Source: Flectonema sp. DT1601
Lineage: Eukaryota
Length of the DNA stretch: 64,000 nucleotides
Assembly (NCBI GenBank): GCA_964019425.1
Contig: OZ025787.1
Location: 930,001 to 994,000, forward strand
Direction of reading: 5' to 3'
Shown here: in pieces, positions 1 to 11,762 of the stretch
Layout of the letters: each line of letters begins with the position of its first letter
Position numbering within the stretch: position 1 is the first letter of the stretch
Notes under the pieces: model-generated
Told to the model about the DNA's origin: nothing
The model's input: the letters and a program-made list of their open reading frames with translations, nothing else
Databases searched by the model: none
Made by a program: the position numbers and the translations under genes

Positions 1-450
1 AGATTGGGGGCAGAGGGTGTTGACAAAGTGAAAGACAGCACTTAAGAAAAAAGACAGTTGACTTTTTCATTCATCAGATCCTTCGTTTATTTTTTTTTTT
101 CTTTCCCCACAACCAGAACCTACCACGAGAACTACGTACACCCCTCATAACACGCATAGCCTACAGAATCATTCTTAGGCTAACTACTTGCTATGACGAG
201 AACTTATAATCGACATCCTCGCAAGGTATAATAAAACGCAAAGAATGAGTCCATAGTCTCGAAAAAAAATAAACTATATCACCTGTGGTAGACGAACAAC
301 CTACCAATCCGGGGGGTTTTTTGTTTAGATTACTGGTGGTACAATGCACATAGAAATCTATGATCAACCCGTAACATGTTTTTTTACTAACAATTGACTG
401 AAAGAAGAGACTTTGTCTCGAAAATTTGCTTTTAGATATTGTGGGTAATA

Positions 451-484
<34 letters not shown>

Positions 485-3400
485 GAAAAATACTTATTAG
501 AAAGTTTTTTTTTTTTTGTACTTTATCTTTTGGGTAGTGCTGAGGTATGGGAAACGGTTTAAGGCCCAGTCTATATTATATTATTATACAGAATTATTCT
601 TTCCTTTTCTCTTTTTTTTTTTTTTCTCTCCCTTTTGCCTCATGCAAAAAGATTAGCAAGATGATGTCGTGGGAAGCTATGGGTGTTCAAGAATCCAATA
701 ATATTGTACTAAGGAGGCATTGAGACAAAGAAACAAGTTGCACTCAGTACCACAAATCATGGTCACAATACACTTAAAAAGAACAGTCGGTTCTGTTCAT
801 TGATCGAGGGCAATATGTACATATATTTTTTTTAAGTAGTATTCACTACATAAATGGGTAATTAACACGAAGACAGTCGGGAGGCAGTGGGATCAATCGT
901 CCTTTTTTTATATTTTAAATAGGGTAGGTGAGTTAATTAGAAGGTAAAATATTTTAAGGGTAGGATGGGGTAGGTGAAAAAAGATTATCGGGGTCTCCCA
1001 CCTTGTAAGTGAACTAACTGCCTGTAGGAACAGGTTGTCACTCCGAGACATGTGGCATGACATAGTACTTAAGCTACTCTGTCAAACTTTTTGCAGTTTT
1101 CGAAAGTAGCGCTCCACTCCCAGAATAGCAATTAGCTTCACGAGCTAGGCCAGGTGAGGTGCGGGTGAAAATTTAGGTGTTTTTTTTTTTTTCTTTCTTT
1201 TTTTTTAATACTTTTTTTCTTTTTTCTCTTATTTTTCCCATATCATTTTTCTAATTGTACTCGCTGTAGATGATGCAACTCAATTCCACGCATTAACATG
1301 GGTCGTGAACCGTACAAACAACGTAGTTAGTTAACTTTTCTAGTTGATACAATGACTGCGTGCTAGCGAAGGAAGTTTCACAAATTTGAAAGAACTTGAA
1401 TTTTCAAAAATTTATTTTTAAAAAAAAAAAAATAAAACAACAACAATAATAATTAAAAAAAAAATAATAATCTCATATTAAAAAATTAACTCTTCAGGAA
1501 ATTTAAGAGGTAGAAGATCATGTCAGTCCTTTGGGTGTGAGAATCAGAACTTAACCAGGGGATTTTCTTTTTGCTATCGGGCCCTCCAGATTCCAAAACG
1601 AAGAATAAGTTTCTTCGGGTGGGCTACTTTGCTTGGCCTCAAATTTAAAGAAAGCTTTGAACATAGAATACAATTATCTTCTCTTTATTTACTTACTTTT
1701 TTTTTTTTTTTTTTCCCTATTCAGAAGTTTTTTCACATGCCACCGAATAAATTCTTTTCGTGTCGCCGTTAAAAAGAAAAAAAAATTAAAGAAGGGGGGG
1801 AAAGAGCTGGGGAAGAACAGTGACTTCGGTGTGCTATTTAACTTCCGAATCATGTGTATCTTAACGCACTGGAACACAAGATTTAAGTTCACCTGTTCTT
1901 GTATTTACGTGGGGTGACTCATTCTGTTGCCATACAAGCAGGTTCACACTTCAATTTGTTCCTCGTCGTTTTTTTTTTTTATTTTTTTATATATCTCCTC
2001 CCTGCTAACAAACTACCCGGTGCTAGAACAAAAAAAGATAAAAAACAAAAAATTAAATAAAAAAATAGACCAAGAACTATTCGCAACAGGGTTGGAATTC
2101 GCTCCGAATCTGTGGCAAAGCTTCTACTTCTTCAGTCTAGAATGATCGCAAAGGAAAGAAAAGAACAAAAAAAAAAAAAAAAAAAAAAAAACTCGCACAA
2201 GTACAGTACTGTGCAGCAATAGTTCCACAAAACAAGTCCGCCGCGTGAAAGTGCAAGAAAAACTAGTCGACTATGGTCAAAAGTTGTGATAAATCTGTTG
2301 AAATTAACGATCGCACTTCCAAAATAGACGAAAGGATTAGTGCATTTGAGAGTATCGTTTTTTTATTTATTTAATTCATTGCTGTGGTGTTTGACATTTC
2401 TTTTATTTCCGAGGAGGGACTTCCAGAATGGAACACAAAATAAAACAAAATATGCACGAAAGGATAAGGTAACCAATAAGAGACACAAAAAGATAACGAC
2501 TTTCGGGGTTTGTGAGGGTTCCAGGCCGCGGGGCAAAGCGAGAAAAAAGCACGCGATCGACGTGTACCTTTTATTTACTACGCGCTACGTCTCAATTTTA
2601 GACCAGAAAGAAAAAAAAAGAACGACCCACAGAAGCATACTTGTGTCCAATTTCCGTTCAGTGCGAACTTACGTGTGAAAACTTGTGAAGAAAGGTAGTT
2701 GGAGTAATTAAAAGAAAATTAAATGAGAGTGGCATAATGCTTCTTAATGATCGACACCCCCGCTGCTTCAAAATAGTTTTTTTTTTTTTTTTTTTTTTAA
2801 ATTAGGGGAATAAAATGAGAATGAGAAGAAGAAGAAGAAAAAAAAAAGAAACTAGCAAAGAAAAGAGCCAGTGCGCTATTTGGTACAGTGGAAAAAACGA
2901 AGAACGAAGTGTACTATTCAGCTTATTTGGGAAGGGGAAATGTGAGAGAGGACAACGTTAATGATTTCTTTCGTCAAGTACAAACAAAATGCTATCGATA
3001 GGACCGTCAGCAGACTCTACCTCGTATAATCAATTCAAAATGACACTTCTAGAGTCTTCGAAACAACCACAACACTAAACTACTGCAAGTCGTCTCAAAA
3101 AGTCCCATGACCTTTTCCTTTTTCTTCTTCCTTTTTTTTTTTTTTTTTCTTCCTTCTTTTTGTATGTGTAAAAAACTGTATTATATTGTTTTCTTTTTTT
3201 TCCCCTTCCATTTTTCATTTCGTTTCATTTTTCTTTCAGTGCTCAGATTTCTCTTTTTTTTTTTTTTTTTTTGTTCCTCTTCCCATGGTTATTATTTAAG
3301 TTTGAGAGTGAGTCGGTGGTTAAGGGAAATGCGGATAAGGGAGGGGTCAAGCATATTCAAGAAAAAAAAAAGAGGGAAAAAAGGGAAATTCATTCCCGAC

Positions 3401-3634
3401 GGTGGGTGGGACGGGAAAAAAAAAAAAAACAAGGAGAGCAAAAAAAAAAAAAAAAAAGAAAAATGACGGGATACGGTAAAGAAAAGACGATATGTGTGTT
3501 TGCCTCTACTATTTCTTTTCTCTTTTTCTTCCTTCAGTGCACCAACGAGACCCTTTTTTTTTTTTTTTTGAACTCTCTGCAATAAATCTAAGGGTGTGTG
3601 TGTGTTGTGTATTGTATTCTGTTTAAAAGAATTA

Positions 3635-4874
3635 TTAATCACCTTCGTATGCTTTTGGGTGAAACTTTACTACTTCCTCCCACAGACCATCACGAAGTTC
3701 CGTAGCAGATAAGTCAGATGAGTCCTGTTAGTGTATTTTAATATAATTAAATTAAGCAAACTAAATAAGAAGAAAGAGAAAAAAAAACCCATACCTTCTC
3801 CCAGTAGAATTTATCAGGGCAGGTAGGCTCGTCATTCGGATCATGGAGCTGACTCAGGTATGGGTGTGCAAGAGCTTCCGCAGCAGTAATTCTCTTTGAA
3901 GGATTGAAGATCAACAATTTACCAATAAAATCAAGAGCCGTCGGACTTGCAGATGGAATTAATTGAGATAAGGAAACAGGTTGCTTTTTTTTCATAGATT
4001 TGAGGTACCGAACTGCTTCTTCACTTTTGATGGACGTCATGTCGTCTTCTAATGGAACACCCAAAACGTCGGTAATAATATTAAGCTGATTAATATAATC
4101 CCTCCCAGGATACAAAGGCTTTCTATTAAAGAGCTCAGCGAGGATACATCCAATTGACCACATATCAACAGCAGGTGTGTAGTGGTTAGATAGCAACAAT
4201 AATTCTGGAGGTCTGTACCATCTTGTCACAACGTAGTCCGTAAGTTCATTTTGATCATATCCTCTGGCTAGTCCAAAGTCACAGATCAACAAATCACAAT
4301 TTCCATTAACCAATAAATTTCCCGGCTTTAAATCACGATGAAGAATATTAGCACTGTGAATGTATTTCAGAGCTCTGAGTGCCTGATAAATGAAATATTG
4401 GTGATGCTCGTCGGTTAGTTTTTGCTTTGATCGAATTATCTGGTGAAGGTCAGTATCCTGTTGTTGTTGTGAATTAAAAGACTGTCATGAAATCATGTAT
4501 ATAAAATAAAAAAAACATACCATCAACTCGGTTACGAAATATATATCTTCGAACCCGGCTTTGTCCTTCGGCCGTAAAATGTCTTTGATACTTATAATGT
4601 TTTCATGGTTTAAAAATGCAAGGAGCTTAACCTCTCTTAGGATACGCTTCCCATCAACAAGATCATCAAAAACCTTTCCGATCTTCTTAATAGCAACCTT
4701 CTCTCCCGTGTCGTTGTTAACAGCAGAGCAAACGATACCATAAGCTCCTGTTCCTACTACTTTGCTAATGTCGTAGATGTTATCTACTATAAATCTCTCA
4801 GCATGCACTGTATACTCCTTCTTTCCTCCTCCAACTGGCTTAGGAGGTGCCAAAGGCTTGCTTGATTTACTCAT
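3635..4874 (-). CDS. ERK-like mitogen-activated protein kinase, TDY activation loop (3 exons, ~368 aa)
   Basis: Exons 4874-4521, 4457-3795, 3724-3635 joined through GTATGT..AACAG (4520-4458) and GTATGG..CTAACAG (3794-3725) introns give one open frame. Motifs: GTGAYG, VAIKK, HRDLKPGN, DFGLAR, TDYVVTRWYRPPE, HPYL..LHDPNDEP. Confidence 0.95.
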
Positions 4875-5059
4875 AAGGATACAAGAAAGGGGGAGATACG
4901 GCTATTTATATTACTACTCGTGGGTTTTCTACTGTTGGGGGAGAATGAAAAAAAAAGTGAGAGAATACAAGAAAAAACAATACTTCTAATATAATAATTA
5001 ATAAAATAAACGGTAAATGATTACGAAACGGCATTTTAAAAAAAAAAAAAAGTGTAATG

Positions 5060-6553
5060 TTAACGTCTTCTCGGTTTCTTGGTGTATCGATTAAGCTTTC
5101 CTTCTCGCTTTAGTTTGTCTCTCATTTTCCTTCTTTGGGTTTGTTTATCTAATTTTTTAAGGAATCCTATATGTCCGTAGTTTAATTCAGAAAATGCGTC
5201 TGCTTTGCAAGACATAATTGAGTTTGAGATAGTGAGAAATAATTGTTTCATATCTCTGCGGGTGTTCGGTTGAGTCTGAACAGATGATCGTAGCTGATGA
5301 TATAAAAGACGAGTCCAGTGATGGTACGTGTGACCTCCAACAACATAGTGAGTGCCGTCAACGGTGTTGCAACCAACCTGTTGCTGAGGATCAGTTGCGT
5401 TCAGAGGACCATAATAATATTCACATGGTAAATTACAACCAGCCGTTATCTCATCAGTGCAATGACCTTTTCTCATATCAGTACTGTTCTGGATAGCCGT
5501 GCTCCACCATATTCTTAAAATATCTATTTGTGATTTTTCCAATATTGGGTTTGATACAATGTTTGCCCAGTCGTATTTTGAGTATCTCGCAGGATGACCA
5601 CCAACACCTTCTTTTGATAATTTCAAGCAACAATCCTCTGTGTAGGTTACATACTTCCCTCCAAGGAATGCTTGAGGTGATATCTCTCTCCATATTATTT
5701 TTGGATCGGTTGCCGAATGTGCTTCAGATACCTTTCGAATGACATCTGTGAAGTCATCTCCAGCATTTTCATAATGAAGACCAGTGTTAATAATCATGTA
5801 GTCGGAGTTAGAAAGATTAAGTGTGCGGGTGTAGGCAATGGCAGAGTTGATTTGAATGTTTCTTACGAGTCCACGAACACGTGAATTTATAAAACAGATT
5901 ATTGAGTTGAGAGAAATAATAAAAACACAATTATGACTTCCACTTTGACATGGAGTCGCAGGGATCATACCAGGGACAAATGTTTCATCTCCTCGGTAGA
6001 GAACTCGCAACAGTGACCCATCAGATGATAAAACAGTTGAATGTGTTGTTGATGAGAAGTTCTGGTATTGAATTACGTCTTCTGGAAACATATTAAATAA
6101 TTCATAAATAAAAGACTGATAGTGATGCTGAGTAACCGAATCTCCAGAAAAAACAATCACCCTATCATGTAGTAGTCCCTTAATAGCTGTTGATGATATT
6201 TCATCCAGTTTGCATCCTGTTGGTGTGAATATTGGAAATCCGTTTCTATGTATCCATCTTGAGTATTCAACTCCCCTTCGCCTCTCCCAATGATCAATAA
6301 ATTTATTCATCTTAGGATGGAACACATTCTCAAAGCTGTTATACGTCATTCCATGTTCCCACCTAACACTTCCCCTCACCTTTTCTATTGCTGTTGCTAC
6401 CCAACTACCTGGTAACGGTTTTCTACTATCACATCGGGGAAGCTCTACGGTGCGTACGATATTGATAACAAGGTTTTCAGTCGACTCAGTATGCCAGTAA
6501 CAACTAAATATTGACAATATAACCAAAGGTAAAATATTCCACCTCCTTCGCAT
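5060..6553 (-). CDS. SGNH-fold TBL/PC-esterase-like glycan O-acyltransferase/esterase, N-terminal signal/anchor (497 aa)
   Basis: Hydrophobic N-terminus; FSGDSV (GDS nucleophile), INTGLHY and DGTHY (DxxH) motifs in the order typical of trichome-birefringence-like proteins. Confidence 0.7.
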   Translation of the reverse strand: MRRRWNILPLVILSIFSCYWHTESTENLVINIVRTVELPRCDSRKPLPGSWVATAIEKVRGSVRWEHGMTYNSFENVFHPKMNKFIDHWERRRGVEYSRWIHRNGFPIFTPTGCKLDEISSTAIKGLLHDRVIVFSGDSVTQHHYQSFIYELFNMFPEDVIQYQNFSSTTHSTVLSSDGSLLRVLYRGDETFVPGMIPATPCQSGSHNCVFIISLNSIICFINSRVRGLVRNIQINSAIAYTRTLNLSNSDYMIINTGLHYENAGDDFTDVIRKVSEAHSATDPKIIWREISPQAFLGGKYVTYTEDCCLKLSKEGVGGHPARYSKYDWANIVSNPILEKSQIDILRIWWSTAIQNSTDMRKGHCTDEITAGCNLPCEYYYGPLNATDPQQQVGCNTVDGTHYVVGGHTYHHWTRLLYHQLRSSVQTQPNTRRDMKQLFLTISNSIMSCKADAFSELNYGHIGFLKKLDKQTQRRKMRDKLKREGKLNRYTKKPRRR

Positions 6554-6991
6554 GGGCGTACTAACCGGGGACTATTAAGCACTCATATATTAGTGGTTTT
6601 CCTATATTAAAAAAATATAATTGAGCCTTTGATCTTGTTCGGTAATTCCCGAGGTTAAAGAATCACTTGCACAGGGATTGACACTGCGAAAAACGTTTTT
6701 GCTTTTTCGTAGTCTAGTGAATACTCATTAATTAGGGAGTGGTTTTCCTATATTAAAAAAAGAAATAGTAACATTACAATTATAAATTAATTAAAAAATC
6801 ATCACATCAAAAAAAAAAAAAAAATAAGATGAGAGCTGAAATTAATTCTCGCGAAGGAAACGAGAGAGGGAAAAAAAAAAAAACAAAAGTCAAAAAGAAG
6901 TCAAGTCACAATGTGAAGGTTGTTGGGCGAAGGAAGTAATTAATATTTATTTTTTTATTTATTTTTAAAAGCAAAATCGAAAGTGGGAAGG

Positions 6992-7024
<33 letters not shown>

Positions 7025-7397
7025 GGAATAAATGTTTAAATGTATAGGGTAATCAATCGCATCGCAAACGTGACAACCACACCACTTGACAACTGGTGTA
7101 TATTTACCTGACATTGAATGGGGCAAAAACAGGGCGCATTGTATAGTGTAATATACATACAGACAGGTGCACTAAAACTCGCTATACCTGGAGGAACTAA
7201 ATTAAGTTTTTAGCATCAGCTATATTTGCGGTGGGGAGTTATCACATATAAGTGAGTAAGTAAGTAAGTAAGTAAGTAAGTAAATAATAAAATAATAAAA
7301 TCAATCAGTAAACTTTAGTAAGTTAGCAAAGTCCAGAACTGATGACTGCGGGGGGGTCTGAGTAACCCGCACCAGTAGAGAACCGAGTTCATAATTT

Positions 7398-7765
7398 TAG
7401 CTGGAATGATCGACCAGCTGCCTACCTTGTCCAGAGATTTTGTGAACTAACAAGTTGAAAACAAAAAGAAAAGAAAATGATGGGGAAGTAAGAGAAATGG
7501 GAATAGTAAATAAAGCATATTTCTCTATTCCATATATCAAGCCTTTCTTCATGAAAAAACTACACATGTTTAATGCCGCCATACCACAAAAGCAATAAAA
7601 AACCCGGAACAAGACCGGGCTGTTCACCCCTCTAATTTCCCCAAGCATTAATATTATAAGGGGTTTTACAAACACATTGGGCAACACTGTAATTCTTCCA
7701 ATCAAGAAATGGACTAAAATAAAAATGAAAACCTAAAGAGACAGTCAGTTTAAGGTCCTAACCGC
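7398..7765. repeat. Dispersed repeat family, copy A (homologous to 17088-17625)
   Basis: Shares ordered blocks with copy B: agctgg..atgatcgac, aagttgaaaacaaaaa, ccataccacaaaagcaataaaaaacccggaaca, ctgttcaccc..ctctaatt..cccaagcattaatatt, cagtcagtttaaggtc. Confidence 0.8.
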
Positions 7766-10065
7766 TTTAAATCGCAAACTTAAGAGGGACTTCAGAAAAA
7801 AGGAAAAAATAGTCAGTCAGTACAAGGTACTGAACCTCGATGCAAGGGGGAAAAAAAATATTGGAAAATAATGTTAACACAAACCCAAGAAAGGGTGTTT
7901 AAAAGAGATTGTTAAGTTTTTGAAAATGTTTCAAAATATCTCCTTGCCTGTTTTGAACGATATCGCGAGCTCAACTCCACTTAGCTAGCGGTAATCAATC
8001 AGTTTTATATGGATGACAAGTAAGAGTAAGAACTACCAGTCATTCGAAAAAAAAAAAAATCGATCGCCTTAAGATTGATATTTCTTAATAATAAAAGAAG
8101 AAGTCAAGCTCCAATAAAGCTCTTACGGGACAATCGTAAGACTTACTTCCGGCGACAAGAATAACAAGCGACATACCTGAAGCATTCAATATAAAAAAAA
8201 TAATAATAAAAACTGACAGTTCACATGCAAGAAGGTAATAGAGTAAAAGACGGAAACAATCGAGATTTTTTTTGTGGCATTTCTTTTTTTTTGGTTGAAG
8301 AAAATCAAGAAAAGCAGTCAAGACTCTCGCCAATTAGAAATGACGTCCAATCACAACAAACAACACACGGCTGTATTTTACTCGCCTTTTTAAAAAGATG
8401 ATTTGTAGTTGCTTGTTTCCTAAACCCAGAAAAGGTGTCGGAAATTGAGAATGTAAAAACAAAGAGCTAAACGGCACTCACTGAACCAGGGAACATTAAA
8501 GCACGCCTTAGTATTTCTTTGCAACACCGCTAGTTTTTATTCGTGATTATAACCAATTTTTCTTTCTTGGTTGCAAGTGTTCACTGAGAATTCAAATCCC
8601 AAAAAGTAAGGCTTAAAAAAAAAAAATTAGAACTAAAAGGGAAAAAGTAATTCATTTTAATATATCTGAAGATTTTTTTTTCTAATTCTTTTTTTTCCTT
8701 CAACCTGATTAATAAGTGAGTAATAATATGAAAATTACTAAAAAAAGAAAAAAATAATAAATAAAAATAATAAAAAAGAAGCGGAGAAAGGGTTTTTGAC
8801 AAGTCCCTCGTACTACAAATCAGTACTTGATTTTGAATATAAAAAAAAAAAAAAAAAAAAAAAGGAATAAAAGTGCAAACTCATTCCCACACGTTGCAAT
8901 GAGGCAGGATACACATCGTGATTTAAATTATGCAAGAATAAAAGGAAGGGGTAAATTGTTTTATTTTTGTTTTGTTTTTTTTTTTTTTAATAAGAATGAA
9001 AAGGGTGGGAAAATCGTAGAATGCATAAATTCTCACTAATACTTTTCAACAAAAGAGAAGAGATGGAAAGTAGTAATCCAAGAACAAGTACTGCCGATCA
9101 GTATTTAAATAATTCGTTTTTGTGCACGAAGCGGTATAAAGACATCACTGAAAGGTAATCATAATTCATATTGTTACCCTGAATTTGTTTCTCAATGCGA
9201 TGCTAGTACTCCGTAAGTTCGCAAATAAATGAAAAAAAATAATGAAAAATAACTTCAGGACTGCAGAAATAACATCTAGAAAGCGTCAGCAGAAGTCAAA
9301 GTAGTTTGCCTCTCCTAACCTCAACAATACCGATGCAGTTGATAATCAAAGTATCACGGTAATATAAGAAAAGAGAAAAAAATATACGCAAAAAAACAAA
9401 AAGACAGGCAGCGAAAGGCAGCGAAATAAATGAAAAAAAAAAAAAAAAAAAAAGAACTATATGGATTTCCCAGGTCTTTCACGCATGACAGCTCACACCG
9501 CGAGGACTCTTATTATCACCAGGGAGAGAGGCACATTATGGTTGATCAGGAGAGGTTAACAGAATCTGGTGGTGCGACTAACGACTTGAATATAAAAAGA
9601 AAAAAAGAAATAAAGAAGGAAAAAGAAAAAAGTACATTAGGCAACAATAGAATAAAAAGAGAAAAAAAAATAACAGAAAAGAAAAAGAGATATAATCGCG
9701 TACTTATATTTTTAACAGTGACAATAAGTGTAAGTACAAAACGGGTGAAGGAATGGAGAAGCATTCTACCAATCAATCGTAAAAAAAAGTTACACAATCA
9801 CAGAAGCTTATGTCAAGGTAATTATATCAGCGATATCACTATTAAACCTTAGTGATTTATATCACAATAATTAAACAAACAAAAATATCCACAGCGAAAA
9901 TTAATTTATGTTAATATTATGTCATAGCTATTGATTTTAATGATAAGCCTGATTTTCACGTGGATTTTTTATCGAAGTAAAAGAAAACGAGGTTAAATCC
10001 CACCTACAAGTGAAAATCTGATTTTACATCTAAAACCGTTCGTTTTTTTTTATTTTTACGATAGG

Positions 10066-10446
10066 TGGCTTCAAAGGGAAAATTTACACCCAACTTGCAT
10101 CCTTGGCTGCTTCGTTGCACTAGGCAGGGTAGCCCTGCCATGCCCATGTGAGATCCCGGGTAAAAATGTTCTTGCATCGACTAGGGCCGACGACCACCAG
10201 TGGGAGTTTCCTGTGTACTTCCGCATGCACGGATGGTAGGTAATAAATCCTAGACGCTGCCGACACCAGAGATTCCTGTCATCCAGAACGATGTCTTTGG
10301 CTCGTAGTCTCAGCCAAGTCTAGATAACACGACTGCGGTAGAAAGCCCTGCACAAAGAAACTTGCTGTCAACAACAGACTTGAATGGCCGTGTCCTATAG
10401 TGAGAAATGGGTCTCTTTTCAAAAAATGAATGGACAATCCTATCAT

Positions 10447-10482
<36 letters not shown>

Positions 10483-10632
10483 CTTCAGAATCCTGTAAAA
10501 ACATCTCGCAACGCAATGGCTAACCAAATGCCTGCAATTAAATTCTGTAAAAAAATTCTTCACGCTCAGCCAGGAGTGAAAAACTGCATTTTCTGATTTT
10601 CACTACAAGTGTAAATTTTCCCTAAGAAGCCA
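10066..10632. mobile_element. Putative non-autonomous TIR element with GC-rich core
   Basis: Left end tggcttcaaagggaaaatttacac matches the reverse complement of the right end (tggcttcttagggaaaatttacac) at 22/24. gatag occurs at both flanks (possible TSD, 1-nt register ambiguity). Confidence 0.55.
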
Positions 10633-10786
10633 GATAGAGCAAAATAAAAATTTATAATTTAAAAATAAAAATAATAATAATAATTATAGTAATAATATTT
10701 ATTTATTTATTTACGAAGCTTAGCAGCCTAATAATAATAAGAAACTAACACCACTATTTTATGCACCATATAATTATTAGCGGAGA

Positions 10787-10817
<31 letters not shown>

Positions 10818-11007
10818 TTCCAAGTATGTTACTGCAACGTGTTGATCTTGATTTATCTTCTTGAGAATTACGATGATTTTACTAATTACGTTAAACTTAA
10901 GACAAGTTTCTATTTTTGAACATAAGTCTTGTTATAAAAGTAGTGCACTAAATCAAAAGATACGAAAAAGAATCTTTTTTTTTTTTTTTTTTTTAAATAT
11001 TAATTTT

Positions 11008-11762
11008 CATAGATGGAAGTGCCCTCCAAATTTGGAGGGCGCCTGGTGAAAATCAGCCACAAAAAATTGTAGGGCCAAAATAGGGCCATTGTAGGGCCAA
11101 AATAGGGCGCTGGAGGGCGCGTAGGGCTTTTTTAATTAAATTTAATATAATGCCGAGCTCATTTTGACACACCCCTGCCCTCAGCGAGGGTCGAATCGCA
11201 TCTTATTTGACTTTTCTCCGGTTCGCCCGATCAAATGCGTCTCCGGGATATCAGTTTACTTGCCACCAGTAAACTTCTTTTTTTTCTCACAAGGTACCTG
11301 AAGACCGGCCTATTAACAGGTTAGCAAGAACGCACTCTCCCTCCTCAAATCCCTCTATATTCGACTCGGTGCATTCTGCGGGCTATCAGTTCCTTGTAGA
11401 TCTGGGATGCATCGTCCACTGAAATGAGTTTCAGCTTCAGGGATTGCAGCAGGCTCCGGAAGCTCTCAAGGAGTGGCCCATGTTTTTTGCCATTGTTGAC
11501 CTCCGAACCATGACCTGGAGGTCTCGGGTTCGAACCCCGTGACACCCTTTTTTCTCTTTCTCGAAAGACTGCCAAGCATGTCAAAATTTTTTTTTGGCTT
11601 CTGCGTCAAAATACTTGTGCGTCAGTGTAAGTCCCCGTCAATTTAGCTGTCTTATAGTAATAAAAAAGGTAAAAAAAAGCGCCCTCCAAAATAATATTTA
11701 TATTAAAAGCGCCCTACAAGCGCCCTACACGCCCTCCAAATTGTAGGACACTTCCATCTATG
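11008..11762. mobile_element. MITE / non-autonomous DNA transposon (755 bp), ~33-bp TIRs, 6-bp TSD AATTTT
   Basis: Left catagatggaagtgccctccaaatttggagggcg versus reverse complement of right end catagatggaagtgtcctacaatttggagggcg. aatttt at 11002-11007 and 11763-11768. Multiple subterminal (t/g)agggc(g/c) motifs, inverted between the two ends. Confidence 0.9.

Noticed and set aside
7336..7390. Hammerhead ribozyme or C/D snoRNA (CTGATGA followed by a stem)
   Set aside because: No GAAA follows stem II, and the second copy has CTGATGG. Box spacing and terminal stem are unconvincing.
11470..11550. Complete tRNA gene
   Set aside because: Only the T-arm and 3' side are tRNA-like. I could not build a D-arm, a paired anticodon stem or a 5' acceptor strand.
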